Below are positions 19,890 through 30,863 of a stretch of DNA of 64,000 nucleotides, one piece after another. Made by a program: the position numbers and the translations under genes. The stretch spans positions 66,931 to 130,930 of IMG/VR virus record IMGVR_UViG_3300014202_001521; one strand, given 5' to 3'. The stretch is from a virus. Below the pieces are notes generated by a model. It was not told where the DNA came from. It was given only the letters and a program-made list of their open reading frames with translations, and did no database searches. Positions within the stretch are counted from its first letter, which is position 1; the number at the start of each line of letters is the position of its first letter.

Positions 19890-22014
19890 ATTAACCTCTT
19901 TCAAAAGAAAGCCCTACAAAGTAAATATAGCGTTAGCACTAACATTGCCAACGCTACTTTTGCTGCGTACCTACTGTATAATCCTATTAGCACACCATAC
20001 AGTGCATAACAAATCATGAACAAATGTGCTAAGAATGCTACCATGCGCCGCGTTTTTCGTCTTCTGTTCTATAGTCCACCGATGGATATTCCCGAAGGAC
20101 TTTGCCACAATTCTGACATATCAAACAGTCGTGGCTAAAGCCGCCACTGCATTTATATTCTTTTACTGGAAAACAGTTATTGCAACAACCCCAATTAGGT
20201 CTGTCCCAAAACTGCGGTAGTTGTTCCATTTGGCTCCTTTATAACAACAATCGGTTCTCGGCAAGTGTTAAGCTTCTTTTTAAGCTCGTCTGCTTTCTCA
20301 TTCAACTCTTTATATAATTTTTCACTGCACATCAACCACTTCCACTCTTTGGTGTCTGCATCTTGCACGGGCACCATATAACGCTTCGGTCCCAATTGCT
20401 CACAGGTTAAGCCCATGACAATCCCTTACCTTTTACGAGTAGATCATACAGGTTATTCACGAAAATGTCGAAATTCCCGTCCTTGCCAGGAATACCAACG
20501 TGAGTATGCATTTTACCCTTTGTGATGGTCGCTGTCCAGCCACCCCAATCTTCCTCAAAACCGATCTTTTCGCCCTTGTTAGCAAGTTCTATGATCTTCT
20601 CCAGAATGACTTTGCACTTCTCTTCAATTGTCACTTGGACACCGTGTTTCTCTTTAGCTAACAAATATTCCGTGTCCGTACAGCCAGGGTCACGAATTAA
20701 ACAGACACAGCTAATTTGGGGAGGTTCGCTCCAAGTTATGCTAATCTTGGGAACATCAGGACACGTCACGCTAATCGTGAAGGGCGGTAAGTCCTTGCTT
20801 ATTGGCGTTCCACAAATTATTGGTGGAAAGTTAATGTCACAAGGCGGAAAGCTTATAAACTGTGGAATGTTTGGTGTCGTGAACGCAAGAGGCGGAAAAC
20901 AAATATCATGTGTTCCGCTGGGTATATTGCCAACATCTTCTAAATTAATCTTGCTTGGTATTTCCATCACATTTCCTTATAAATTGAACTATATCTTCCA
21001 CTATATGATTATTTTTTCTATCGTCGTCAATAGTTATACTAATCTCTTTGGAATCCTTGTCTAGTATGACGTAGATCATCGTCTCGTCATTTGCTTCAGA
21101 CCAACCTTCTTCATCCCATGCAATCTTAGCAGCTTCGTCTTTGTATAGGAATAAGTCGATGCTGCCGTTTGAAGAAAAAAGCTCATGCACCATATTCGGC
21201 CAATGGTCTTGAACCAATAATCTAATTAGATTTTCAGCTATTGGGATTGAGCTTGTAAGTAGCGTATCAGAACCATGAATTTCCATTCTATATATTAGTT
21301 ATTTCTTCTCTCGTATTGAAAGTTCTTTTTCAAAATCTTCAATGCACCTGACTATCTTTTGCATTCGTTCTTTGTAGACTCTGGCTTCTTCCGCGTTATT
21401 GATTTCAACAGTAACAGAAGACCCAGCATTCGCATGTCGTATTTTCAACTTCACCGTGTTATTACTGCTTACATAAGTAGTAATTTCTTCCTGTGGTGCC
21501 GTGCAACCAATCAGAACGAACAGGCTAAGGGAAAGCAAAATGCCAGTAAGTTTTTTCATGATTATACTCCTATAGGTTATGCAAAAACTTATTACTCGTA
21601 TATGTTGGACAAGGCATGGCGTCGATCTTTTTACCGATGAAATTAACAATTATTTGGATGAAGGCTGGAATATCTCTGCTCTTAACATCGAGAAAAAGGG
21701 TCTAAGGTTTGTGTGCTTTGCAATATTAGTTGATCTTCCACTAGAGCCTGGTCTTGAAATAGCGGGCGAATAGCATCCTTCATTAACTCCCAGGTTTCAT
21801 AGTCGGGCACACAACCACCGTCAATAAACATTGCGGCAATTGCTGGGTCTTTATATTTAAACCCACCAATGGTGAAGCTCCACTCTTTGTTATCGAAACA
21901 CTGCCAGCATCGGATTTTGCGGCCTTCTACCCATAAATCCAATGAAGAAACAGGCTCTCGATTTACAATTGTTGTTGATCTACAGATGACTGTGACGTGC
22001 ATCAAAGACTCCAG

Positions 22015-22098
22015 TGGCCGAGGCGAGACTTGAACTCGCACGCCCTTACGGGCACTAGCTCCTAAGGCTAGCGTGTATGCCAATTTCACCACTCGGCC
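22015..22098 (-). tRNA. tRNA-Leu(UAG), long variable arm
   Basis: GGCCGAG/CTCGGCC, CTAGC-CT-TAG-GA-GCTAG, A73. Confidence 0.95.
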
Positions 22099-22223
22099 TA
22101 TTTCCCAAAAACTGATTTCACTACTTCTACTAGGAATCTCCAATAGAGTGTTGCTTTAATTGCGGCGGTGAAAATCCATCTTCTTACTGTATCCATACTT
22201 TATTTAGTAATCCACACCAATTT

Positions 22224-22820
22224 TTACGAAGGCAATGGACTAAAAGCAACCGTGATTGTGTCGTTAGCACAAGGTCCACAAGCACAGGTTCCAGTTTGGC
22301 TAAATATAATTGCCGCCGTACCCGTCATGGTATCACAGTCTAATGGAAAATTCAAGTGGTTTCCGTCAACACAGGTGAACCCTATTTCGTTTTTTAAGGC
22401 AAGATAGCACACCCAATTACTGCCCGAACAGTATAGTTCAGCATGAAAAGTGACGCAATCACAGATTCCAGGGTAATCAAATTCATATTTTTGATTTGCG
22501 ACGTTCCACGGCAAAATATAAGCTTCATTGACTAAGCAACTACAACCTGCATTGGTATCGCTAATAGTCAACAACATCACGCTCGGCAGACATTGTGAAC
22601 AACAAGGCTGTACTATTAGGCACAGGTTTGGAATTATTGATTCAGCATCATCTAATTGTAAGAAAGTTATAAAACAACACCCATCTACCCAAATCTGGAT
22701 AGGATACTGAACATCCAATGGATCGTAATGTAATATGCCTTCGTAGATTTGCCCTGTATAATCAACAATCGCTACGTTTTGACCATTATATAATTCTAAT
22801 TGTTCAGGAGTAACACCCAT
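22224..22820 (-). CDS. Cys-rich hypothetical protein
   Basis: Many Cys (PCCSQC, GCSC, CDC, CACGPC); no family recognised. Confidence 0.55.
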   Translation of the reverse strand: MGVTPEQLELYNGQNVAIVDYTGQIYEGILHYDPLDVQYPIQIWVDGCCFITFLQLDDAESIIPNLCLIVQPCCSQCLPSVMLLTISDTNAGCSCLVNEAYILPWNVANQKYEFDYPGICDCVTFHAELYCSGSNWVCYLALKNEIGFTCVDGNHLNFPLDCDTMTGTAAIIFSQTGTCACGPCANDTITVAFSPLPS

Positions 22821-22827
22821 ATATGCC

Positions 22828-23628
22828 TTATGCTTGCTGTGGCTGCATCATTTGTTGTTGCGGCTGCTGTCCTAATCCCGTCACGCCTTGCCAACCTTGC
22901 TGCTGTTGTTGTTCCTGTGCTTTCCTCTTAACTACCTTGCTGGAAATAATGTTTAACGCCTTTATCACTTGCCAAAAACCTTGACGTATAATATGTCCGT
23001 CTTCAGTTATAAACAATGGCACGCTAAACCTTTTAGCCAGGTATTCACTGTCAGCTATTGGGACTTCTCTATCATTAATACCATGAACGATAATACTTTC
23101 AGGGTTCAAATGATTAGGTTGAACGTGGAATATCTTCCATGCTGGGCACAGAAGCAACATCGGAACTTCAGGGTGTTCTGCCGCTAAAGACAATGCAATA
23201 GCTCCACCTTGACTGCTGCCAATGATTATATCAGGAGTTCCATCTACTTTATTACGATACAATTCTTTGTTTTTCTCAATATGAGCCTGCCCAAAGTTTT
23301 GCAATGCTTTAGGGACGTTGAATCCATGAGCCAATCTACCAGCACCAGCAGCGAATATGTTAGCCTTGGTGTTGACTGTCTTGATATTATACCCTAATGG
23401 CTTTAATAACGCCCCGTAGTTACCAGTTCCAGGTATACGTCCACTCCACATACCTGTAATCCAGACAATGTTTAGATCGCTTACACTCGGCGCAGACGCA
23501 GCGAAGCTCCTGATGGGGTCTTTTGGCGCAACCAATCCTTGCTTTCGCATCGCAAGGTGGTACGGGTTCTGTCCTTGCAATTTAGCTATATCAGCAACTT
23601 GGGCTTCGAAAAACTCCTTAAAGTTCAT
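22828..23628 (-). CDS. Alpha/beta hydrolase with Gln-rich tail
   Basis: GSSQGG nucleophile elbow, VHGINDREV, DGH; likely start MNFKEFFE. Confidence 0.75.
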   Translation of the reverse strand: MNFKEFFEAQVADIAKLQGQNPYHLAMRKQGLVAPKDPIRSFAASAPSVSDLNIVWITGMWSGRIPGTGNYGALLKPLGYNIKTVNTKANIFAAGAGRLAHGFNVPKALQNFGQAHIEKNKELYRNKVDGTPDIIIGSSQGGAIALSLAAEHPEVPMLLLCPAWKIFHVQPNHLNPESIIVHGINDREVPIADSEYLAKRFSVPLFITEDGHIIRQGFWQVIKALNIISSKVVKRKAQEQQQQQGWQGVTGLGQQPQQQMMQPQQA

Positions 23629-23818
23629 GCTAACCATACTGTAGTTAGTTTAGCTACAACTAATTTTGCGGGCGAATTGCAATTGTACCAAGATGGGTAG
23701 AGGAAGCCCCGCCCCCGCTTATTCTAGCCAAGAATAAAGAGGTCGCTTACCAAACGAAAGAAAGCTAGTAAACTGATGGTAGGCGGTAAAAGATGCACCA
23801 GAAGCACTATATAACTCC

Positions 23819-24568
23819 ATGAATTTCAGACAATGGACAGAAGCGGCTGCTGAGTATAATCCCTACGCCTTTCATGCTATCATTCTAGCTGGCGGGCCTG
23901 GAAGTGGTAAAAGCCGTGTAGGACGCACAATCGCTGGTGCTTTCGGCTTCAATATCTCTGATAGTGACCGCCTTCTTGAACTAATGGCAGCCCATAGAAA
24001 AGAAGAATATCTGCTGGGTTTAACCAGCGGTCAGCCAGGTTACGACCAGAAAATGTCCAATACCAACAAAGCGGTAGAACTAAACGTAAAAAGAACCGCT
24101 CTGTGGCGACAGCAAGGAATACCTTACATTGTTGACATAACTGGAAGAGACGTTGGCTTAGTCTCCAAGATTAAAGAAGAACTAGAACAAGAAGGATACG
24201 ACGTATTCATGGTCTTCATTAATACTCCCCTTGAAACCGCCCGAAAAAGAAACAAGGGAAGAAGTAGAATCGTGGATGATGATTTTTTGGTAGATGCTTG
24301 GAACAAATCGAGAAAGTCTATTAGTGCCTATATCAACATCTTTGGTAAGAAGTTCTTGATGATAGACAATGACGATGATATTAATAATCGAGCTTCTCTG
24401 CCAGCAGTTGAAGCAAGAATCCCAAGGATGATGACTCATCTGCTTACCCCAAATCAAATAGAGAACCCAATCGGGGAAAAAAAGCTCCAAGACATGAAGG
24501 GCAAACCGATTAACCAAATCTCGACAGACAAACCATTACCGCAGGTGGCCAATGTTGGACTATATTAA
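23819..24568 (+). CDS. Zeta-toxin/AAA_33-like P-loop kinase
   Basis: LAGGPGSGKS, IVDITG, VFINTPLETARKRN..R. Confidence 0.75.
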   Translation: MNFRQWTEAAAEYNPYAFHAIILAGGPGSGKSRVGRTIAGAFGFNISDSDRLLELMAAHRKEEYLLGLTSGQPGYDQKMSNTNKAVELNVKRTALWRQQGIPYIVDITGRDVGLVSKIKEELEQEGYDVFMVFINTPLETARKRNKGRSRIVDDDFLVDAWNKSRKSISAYINIFGKKFLMIDNDDDINNRASLPAVEARIPRMMTHLLTPNQIENPIGEKKLQDMKGKPINQISTDKPLPQVANVGLY

Positions 24569-24805
24569 AAACAGAATCAAAGCTAGGAAATGGTTTAAGG
24601 ATGTAGTTGAATCCAAATTGACTCCTGACTGTAACCGCGATGAAGTAGAAAATAAAGCACTAGAATGCGAATTTTATTTCTATCTCAAAGAAGGTCTGCT
24701 GTACTATAAGGCACATGATGATACTATCCCGTGCGTTATAGATGAATCAACTTGTCGTTGTAAAATCTGTGGTCTATAAACAATTGAATTGAAAGAGGTT
24801 CAATC

Positions 24806-25168
24806 ATGTGGATGTTCACGAAGTACGGGTTCTTCGCTTCTGCCAACGCACGTCAGGGCGAGGGAGAGCCTTGGCAACCCGTCGATAAGGACCGCATCGC
24901 GGTCAGGGCACGGGATAAGCAACACCTTGCTAATCTCGCGGGACGATTCCCAGCGTTGGCCAGCGTGCCGATTCACGATGACACGCTTGCAGACTATCGT
25001 TATAGGATTTTTATTCCCAAAACACAATGGGCAGAGATTGTTTCTGAACTTGCCGATGAAATGGATTATGACCGCTTTAAGCCTTCCGTAATCCCATTTG
25101 AAGGCGACAAGGACTATAAGCATACTCTTCTCGACGTTTGGAGCCTGATGTATGCTACTCAAAAGTGA
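24806..25168 (+). CDS. Hypothetical protein
   Basis: MWMFTKYGFF...VRAR...L...DYRYR pattern; locally GC-richer. Confidence 0.6.
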   Translation: MWMFTKYGFFASANARQGEGEPWQPVDKDRIAVRARDKQHLANLAGRFPALASVPIHDDTLADYRYRIFIPKTQWAEIVSELADEMDYDRFKPSVIPFEGDKDYKHTLLDVWSLMYATQK

Positions 25169-25640
25169 TCCAATCAAGAAAAAAGAAGCTAAAGTCCTGT
25201 TTTTGCACGGGTTGTTCTCAAACGGAGAACAAAGCTGTAAGTGTCATTCAATGCGTTGTGACGGCTATGAAGTAACCGCGCCGCCTCTCAATAACTGGTT
25301 TTTGTCTTGGGCTATAAGCTCAGTAAATCTCAACAGAATTAAACCAAATGTTATTGTTGGATCGTCCAGAGGTGGTGCGGTTGCTTTAAGCCTGAAAACC
25401 AAGCTGCCGCTTATCCTGCTCGCTCCCGCCTGGAAGTATTATGGTGTTAAATCCAAATTTACGAACAGATGCGTCGTGATTCATGGTGTTAAAGACACCC
25501 TGATCCCATATCAAGATAGCATTGAGCTAGTAAATAAGAATCCAAATGCCGAACTACTTCTAGTTGACGATGACCACAGGCTAAATTCTATTTTCACCCA
25601 CAGGTGGCTAATTAAGAAACTTGCTGAAGTAACCACTTGA
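25152..25640 (+). CDS. YqiA-like alpha/beta hydrolase (esterase)
   Basis: FLHGL, GSSRGG, IHGVKDTLIP, DDHRL. Confidence 0.8.
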   Translation: MLLKSDPIKKKEAKVLFLHGLFSNGEQSCKCHSMRCDGYEVTAPPLNNWFLSWAISSVNLNRIKPNVIVGSSRGGAVALSLKTKLPLILLAPAWKYYGVKSKFTNRCVVIHGVKDTLIPYQDSIELVNKNPNAELLLVDDDHRLNSIFTHRWLIKKLAEVTT

Positions 25641-26589
25641 CGCCTTCTTGCCCCAATGGTGGTGCATTTGGCATCTTACTCTGAAGAGTCTTGTTGACCA
25701 TATTCACCACCATTGGTGGCAAATCGCCGCTCGTATGAGCATATTGAGCAATCATTGGCTTCATCATCGGGTTGGCCATTACACCCTGACCCAAAGCATT
25801 CTGAAGCTGTTTCTGCCACAAATGCTTATTCGCGTAGATGTATTTATCTCTTAGTCCAGAACCACTTAGATTGAACTTAAATGCTCCTGTTTCTGGATTG
25901 TAACCCTGCCACTGTCCACTTCCTTGTGCCAAATTGCTCTTAGATATTAAGTCATAAAGCATCGGCATGACCTCTTTAGGCGGCTGAGCAATATTCATCT
26001 GCGGCGACGGAACTGCACCCTTCTGATGTAGTTTTGGCATCAGTTTCTGTGAAGAATCCAACATGTCTTTTAGCTCTTTATCGACACCCAAGAAGATTTG
26101 CAAACCCTGCTGATCCGCTTCGTGGGTTAAATGTGCCATTGCGGTCATTTTTGGCATTTTTGCTTGGCCGTAACTACCAGTTATCTTAACCCCGTCATCT
26201 TTTATTCTATAGGTAATTCCACCTACGTTACTTAATAACGTGGGATTGCTCTTTAGCAGACTGTTTATGGTAGCTTCGACGTTCCCACCATTGTTTTGAA
26301 GCTCTTGGTTGACGACATTCAATTCTTGTTCCGTTGGGAAAGTCCCATAGAAAGTCCAGGCTGGCGCTCTAGTACCACCAGATGCTGGCCGTGTCCACTC
26401 GCCGTGGGACCAGGAGGTAGCATTAGGGTCTTTATTATCTTTTTGGGCTATTGGGTCGTATGCTGATCGGTAAGCCATATACATAGCAGCTTCCATTGCT
26501 GGGTTTGAAAAAATTTGCTTGCCCGTCATTTTTTGAATTTGGGTTTCTCCAATTTCTTTTAACACTAACCAGTCCTGAAATCTTTGCAT
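25612..26589 (-). CDS. Hypothetical protein with capsid-targeting-like N-terminus
   Basis: MQRFQDWLVLKE; divergent from 26608 across 18 bp. Confidence 0.65.
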   Translation of the reverse strand: MQRFQDWLVLKEIGETQIQKMTGKQIFSNPAMEAAMYMAYRSAYDPIAQKDNKDPNATSWSHGEWTRPASGGTRAPAWTFYGTFPTEQELNVVNQELQNNGGNVEATINSLLKSNPTLLSNVGGITYRIKDDGVKITGSYGQAKMPKMTAMAHLTHEADQQGLQIFLGVDKELKDMLDSSQKLMPKLHQKGAVPSPQMNIAQPPKEVMPMLYDLISKSNLAQGSGQWQGYNPETGAFKFNLSGSGLRDKYIYANKHLWQKQLQNALGQGVMANPMMKPMIAQYAHTSGDLPPMVVNMVNKTLQSKMPNAPPLGQEGVKWLLQQVS

Positions 26590-26607
26590 AAACTATATAT
26601 ATTTTAC
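26590..26607. promoter_or_regulatory. Putative bidirectional late-type promoter (TATATATA)
   Basis: Only 18 bp (aaactatatatattttac) separate two divergent ATGs; same motif precedes many other genes. Confidence 0.6.
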
Positions 26608-29600
26608 ATGTTAAACTTTCGTAGTTTTTTGGAATATAGTGACCCGTTCTTCTTAGAGACGATCCTCCATCATCCCCAGCAGTGGAGCTACCTAAACCCT
26701 GAAACGGGCAAGAAATGGCGTCATGAAGACAAATATAAGCAATTAGCTAGAATTGTCAAAGATCAATCTAGGATGGGCGTCCACCCCAATAGACTTTGGG
26801 TTACATTCAGCGATGTGCCTAGAATCAACATTACAACGAAAGTTAAAAAAGATAAAAATACTCCACACGGTATATTCGCCTATCCAGTCAGCTATGTTTT
26901 GAAGAAAGAAGGTGCTGATTACGCTTCTGACCGTGCCTATATGATTGTTTTCAAAGTAAAAGGCAACGTGATCGAAGTAGGTCGAGACGATACCAAACCA
27001 AAGGACAAGAATCTAAACGCTCTTGTTAATAAAGATGATTTTCCAAGTGAACTTGATTACAGAAGAATCTCTTCTAAGTTCTATGATCTATCATATGACA
27101 CATATGATGCAACAAAAAAGAAACTTTATAGAGACTTTTCAGAGATTTTATCAGATGTAAGTAGCCATATTGCTGAAGCTGAAAGCGACGGCAGGGATTT
27201 GAAAAAACTTACCACCATTGAAGGACTCGCTAAAAGCTATACCGAAAGTGGATTCGCCACTTATTTGAAAGATTATTACGGCGGTACGATAGAAGGCGAC
27301 AATGTAATAATCAACAAACCATATCAGTATAACGATAAAGTAACGGTTGGCACCCATCCAATCCAGTATATGTTGGATAATGATGGTGATGCTGCGTATT
27401 ACATCAATGACATGAAGGCCAAACAAATCAAAGTAGCCAAAGCATTAGAAGATGAAGAGTTTAAAACGGCTTTGAGTAAAATGGCCTCACAGGTGCAGGG
27501 TAGAATAGACCATAAAAACAAGAAAGCAACCGACACAACCAGACCAATTATTAACAAGGTAGCGGAATTAGCCAAAGAATATGGCATTGATGATATTAAA
27601 CCACATATAAAGCGAATTAGCGCCAACAATACCTTCCATCGTGGCACGCAGTTTGTATACTTGCTACTCAAAGACATTGCTGGTGAAGTAGCCAACAAAA
27701 CAGGCAGAAATAGAGCTATTATTTGGGCTGGCATGTTGAAGAAAATAGGTTATACCCACGTTGTAGACACCAAACATAGTTCCGTTATCCATGCTGGCGA
27801 ACCAACTCAAGGTGTCTTTATGGACACCACACAAATCGAACCAGTCAGCGTTATCTTCAACAAGAAAAATGCTGATCCTAGAATGGTCCCACCAGGATTT
27901 CCTTGGACTGATGCAGATGCTGACCAACATTGGCAGAGCAGCGTAGGTCAACATTCTCGCACTGGATTAAAAACCCTAAAAGCTGGTGATGCGATTAGTA
28001 GCGGCGTTGACAAAAAGAACATTGTTTCCGTTCTTTCAAAGCGAATAGAACAGGTTAAAAACAGTGCTGGCTCTGATTTTTATGGCGATGAATTTCAGAA
28101 GAAAATATCCATATTAGTCAAGCTTACCAAGCAACTGAAAAGTTCTGTTGATCCAAATAACTTTGTGCAAAAGGATGAAGCTGAACGCACTCTCAAAAGA
28201 CTTAAATCACATGTTGAAGTCTTAAAAGATAAGTTGCTGTCAAATACTAAAGACAAGCAAATATCGCCAGCTATCCAAAAATATAATGATGACTTAAATT
28301 CTCGGTTTGACATGCTGGATAAGGTCATCAGTGAGCCTGGATTCAAAACTGGCACTGTCAAAAAGTTAGATGGATTCAACATAGAAGATTTTGTTACAGA
28401 TTTGCTAAAGAATAAAGGTCCATTAACCGCAGATGCGGTTAAGAAAGAGTTTATCAATTATGGCATTGGCAACCCATATGGCATGTGGGGGAATGTTGAA
28501 AGTCTTGTGTCAGATGGAAAGATTTCAAAAAAGTATTCCGACCTTTATGGCGGATATGTTTACTATTTATCAGGCCAAAAAATACCTTCTGTCGAAGATT
28601 ATGCTCCATATGTTATAAAAGCATTACAGAATACTTATAAAACCACAGAGGAGCTTGAAGAGATTCTTCAGGATAAGGTTCCCGCAGACATGTTGGAACC
28701 AATCCTGAGTAACATGGAATACGGCGTGTTTAGCGGTGATAACCAAATATCAAAAAGCAAGAAAGCAAGTGGTGAATGGGCTTGGCACATTGCTGGCCAC
28801 GACGTTGAAGGTAAGGAAACCGAAATCTACAAGGTAGCAATCCTTAATAAGCTTGAGGAAATGCAGAAGAAAGAAGCCACGTCTGCGATTCCAGCTAGAA
28901 ATATCATATTCTATTTTAAACATAATGAAAACGCTGATATCAAAAAAATACTTACCAAGTTAATTCAAGACAAAACAATCCACGTCGAAGAAGGAACATT
29001 TGGAAAAGACGAAATAGGAACATTGCATATAACAACCAACCCTGTTGCTGAATCCAGACCGCTGTATTATACAGACGTAAGGGATTTTATATACAATTTA
29101 TTTAAAAACGATGATGACAATGCCCTTGGAGACGATCCAATTAAAACTCAGGAAGGCATGAAGACCGCCCAAATAGCTAATAAAATAGCTTATGATTACA
29201 GTGTTGATTCAATTAGGGTGCAGTCAATACTTCAATACATGATTAAACATGGTGAACTTCATATTATTGAAGACCATCCAGAAAACTTTTGGGCAAAGAA
29301 AGTTAGTATTCATAAGCCAAAACCAGTTGCCGCGACAGCAACACCAGCCGTTACCCCTACAGTACCAGCCGCGACAACAACACCGACTCCAGCAGCGGCA
29401 CCACACCCTGGAACTACACCAGCGGCATCAGCCCATAAAGTCGCAGATGCTTATGGACATGACATTAAGGTGGGTGACACAGTTAAAAAGGTGGGGGAAC
29501 CAACCAAAGTTGGCACTGTTACAACTTTATCAGCAGGCAATTCGGTTGCTATTAATTGGGAAGATGGTGCGTATAGTGGAAATTATTACTATGGCACTTC

Positions 29601-30183
29601 CCTTATTGTGGTGAAGTCAGCACCAGCTGCACCTTGGCATGGTCTTGGTGCAGCACCAGCCGCACCAAAGGCTGCTTGGGCGGCTCCAACTCCAGAAGAA
29701 GTCAAGCAGACGACTTCTACAAAGGCTTTGGGTATTTTCAGTGGATTGCCAAAGGTTGCAAAACCTCTTCAATACGCAAGAGTTATTCGTGGTTTACACA
29801 CAATGCTTTCTTTCGATAATATTCTAAATGAATTGGAAGGTGTATTTGGAATCAAATTCAACCCTAGTGATCGTGAAGCAATTAAAAATGCTTATAACGA
29901 AGAAACCAATACAATTAATTACTATAAAGCTAGGGGACACTTGAAATTTCCGAAGGGTTTGTCAGCGGAACAAGCGTATTCTTCACAATTGGAGAAGTTC
30001 CCAAACCCACCGTATGTTACTATGGACGCTGACACTAATAAGGCGATTGATGATTTATTAGTTAAACATGAAGATGTGGCTGCCGTGAATTTAGTAAAGA
30101 AGGCTACACAGTTTGATACTGGTGCGGCTACTGGTGTTGTTATTTTGAAAAAGCTTGAATTGCATATAGAAGGCAAACTTTAA
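26608..30183 (+). CDS. Large (~1190 aa) multidomain putative virion-internal protein with possible ADP-ribosyltransferase-like N-terminal domain
   Basis: Likely start MLNFRSFLE; TPHGIFAYP...GYTHVVD...EPTQGVFMD..QI; Ala/Thr/Pro linkers; KOW-like IKVGDTV segment. Confidence 0.6.
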   Translation: MLNFRSFLEYSDPFFLETILHHPQQWSYLNPETGKKWRHEDKYKQLARIVKDQSRMGVHPNRLWVTFSDVPRINITTKVKKDKNTPHGIFAYPVSYVLKKEGADYASDRAYMIVFKVKGNVIEVGRDDTKPKDKNLNALVNKDDFPSELDYRRISSKFYDLSYDTYDATKKKLYRDFSEILSDVSSHIAEAESDGRDLKKLTTIEGLAKSYTESGFATYLKDYYGGTIEGDNVIINKPYQYNDKVTVGTHPIQYMLDNDGDAAYYINDMKAKQIKVAKALEDEEFKTALSKMASQVQGRIDHKNKKATDTTRPIINKVAELAKEYGIDDIKPHIKRISANNTFHRGTQFVYLLLKDIAGEVANKTGRNRAIIWAGMLKKIGYTHVVDTKHSSVIHAGEPTQGVFMDTTQIEPVSVIFNKKNADPRMVPPGFPWTDADADQHWQSSVGQHSRTGLKTLKAGDAISSGVDKKNIVSVLSKRIEQVKNSAGSDFYGDEFQKKISILVKLTKQLKSSVDPNNFVQKDEAERTLKRLKSHVEVLKDKLLSNTKDKQISPAIQKYNDDLNSRFDMLDKVISEPGFKTGTVKKLDGFNIEDFVTDLLKNKGPLTADAVKKEFINYGIGNPYGMWGNVESLVSDGKISKKYSDLYGGYVYYLSGQKIPSVEDYAPYVIKALQNTYKTTEELEEILQDKVPADMLEPILSNMEYGVFSGDNQISKSKKASGEWAWHIAGHDVEGKETEIYKVAILNKLEEMQKKEATSAIPARNIIFYFKHNENADIKKILTKLIQDKTIHVEEGTFGKDEIGTLHITTNPVAESRPLYYTDVRDFIYNLFKNDDDNALGDDPIKTQEGMKTAQIANKIAYDYSVDSIRVQSILQYMIKHGELHIIEDHPENFWAKKVSIHKPKPVAATATPAVTPTVPAATTTPTPAAAPHPGTTPAASAHKVADAYGHDIKVGDTVKKVGEPTKVGTVTTLSAGNSVAINWEDGAYSGNYYYGTSLIVVKSAPAAPWHGLGAAPAAPKAAWAAPTPEEVKQTTSTKALGIFSGLPKVAKPLQYARVIRGLHTMLSFDNILNELEGVFGIKFNPSDREAIKNAYNEETNTINYYKARGHLKFPKGLSAEQAYSSQLEKFPNPPYVTMDADTNKAIDDLLVKHEDVAAVNLVKKATQFDTGAATGVVILKKLELHIEGKL

Positions 30184-30863
30184 CTAAACTCTCCAGTGCC
30201 CATTGCATAAATGGCAATTAAAACTTGTTCGTAATCACCCTGCTCAATAGCATAACGGGGTGTTTTACGAAACGATGGGCTTGGTGTGTCTAGCCACATG
30301 TCTACATTCTTTTCGTTGATTACCGTTGCACAGGCTTTCTTGATGTGTTCCATGTCGTCACGACCCCAAGTAAATCCCCAAGGTTCTGTGCAATCTTTCT
30401 CCATGTTGTATGCGCCAGTTTCGTTTAGCTTCTTCCACAAATCTTTGTAGTCACTGCCTTCGATATCTTTGCAATCCTGACAATAAACGTAATACTTTGT
30501 TTCTTCGAATAATTCGATATCTGGATGGTGGTTGTATTCCAAATTTTCAACCTTGAAGTCTTTGTGGCAAAACTCACACTTGTCCATGTAGCCAGTGTTT
30601 GCTTGTTTCACTGGCTCCTGCTTCATGTATGTGCCCCAACTCACTAGATCGGATTTGTGGTATACATGAGTGCGATGATGCTCTGTGAAAATGAAAATGT
30701 GATCTTTCCACTCTCTAACGAAAGCGGATTTGAAGTTAAGTATCGTGCCTTCTTCATGGACTACTTCCACCATGCTATAAGGATGGAAGTCGTAGGCGGT
30801 TAGAGTCTTATCAACTTCCCTGGCAACTTGTTCCGCTTCACGGTAATTAGTGAAATTATCCAT
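30180..30863 (-). CDS. Hypothetical protein with CxxC motifs and Xre/MbcA-like C-terminal segment
   Basis: CEFC, CQDC, VDMWLDTPSPSFRKTPRYAIEQG. Confidence 0.5.
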   Translation of the reverse strand: MDNFTNYREAEQVAREVDKTLTAYDFHPYSMVEVVHEEGTILNFKSAFVREWKDHIFIFTEHHRTHVYHKSDLVSWGTYMKQEPVKQANTGYMDKCEFCHKDFKVENLEYNHHPDIELFEETKYYVYCQDCKDIEGSDYKDLWKKLNETGAYNMEKDCTEPWGFTWGRDDMEHIKKACATVINEKNVDMWLDTPSPSFRKTPRYAIEQGDYEQVLIAIYAMGTGEFS

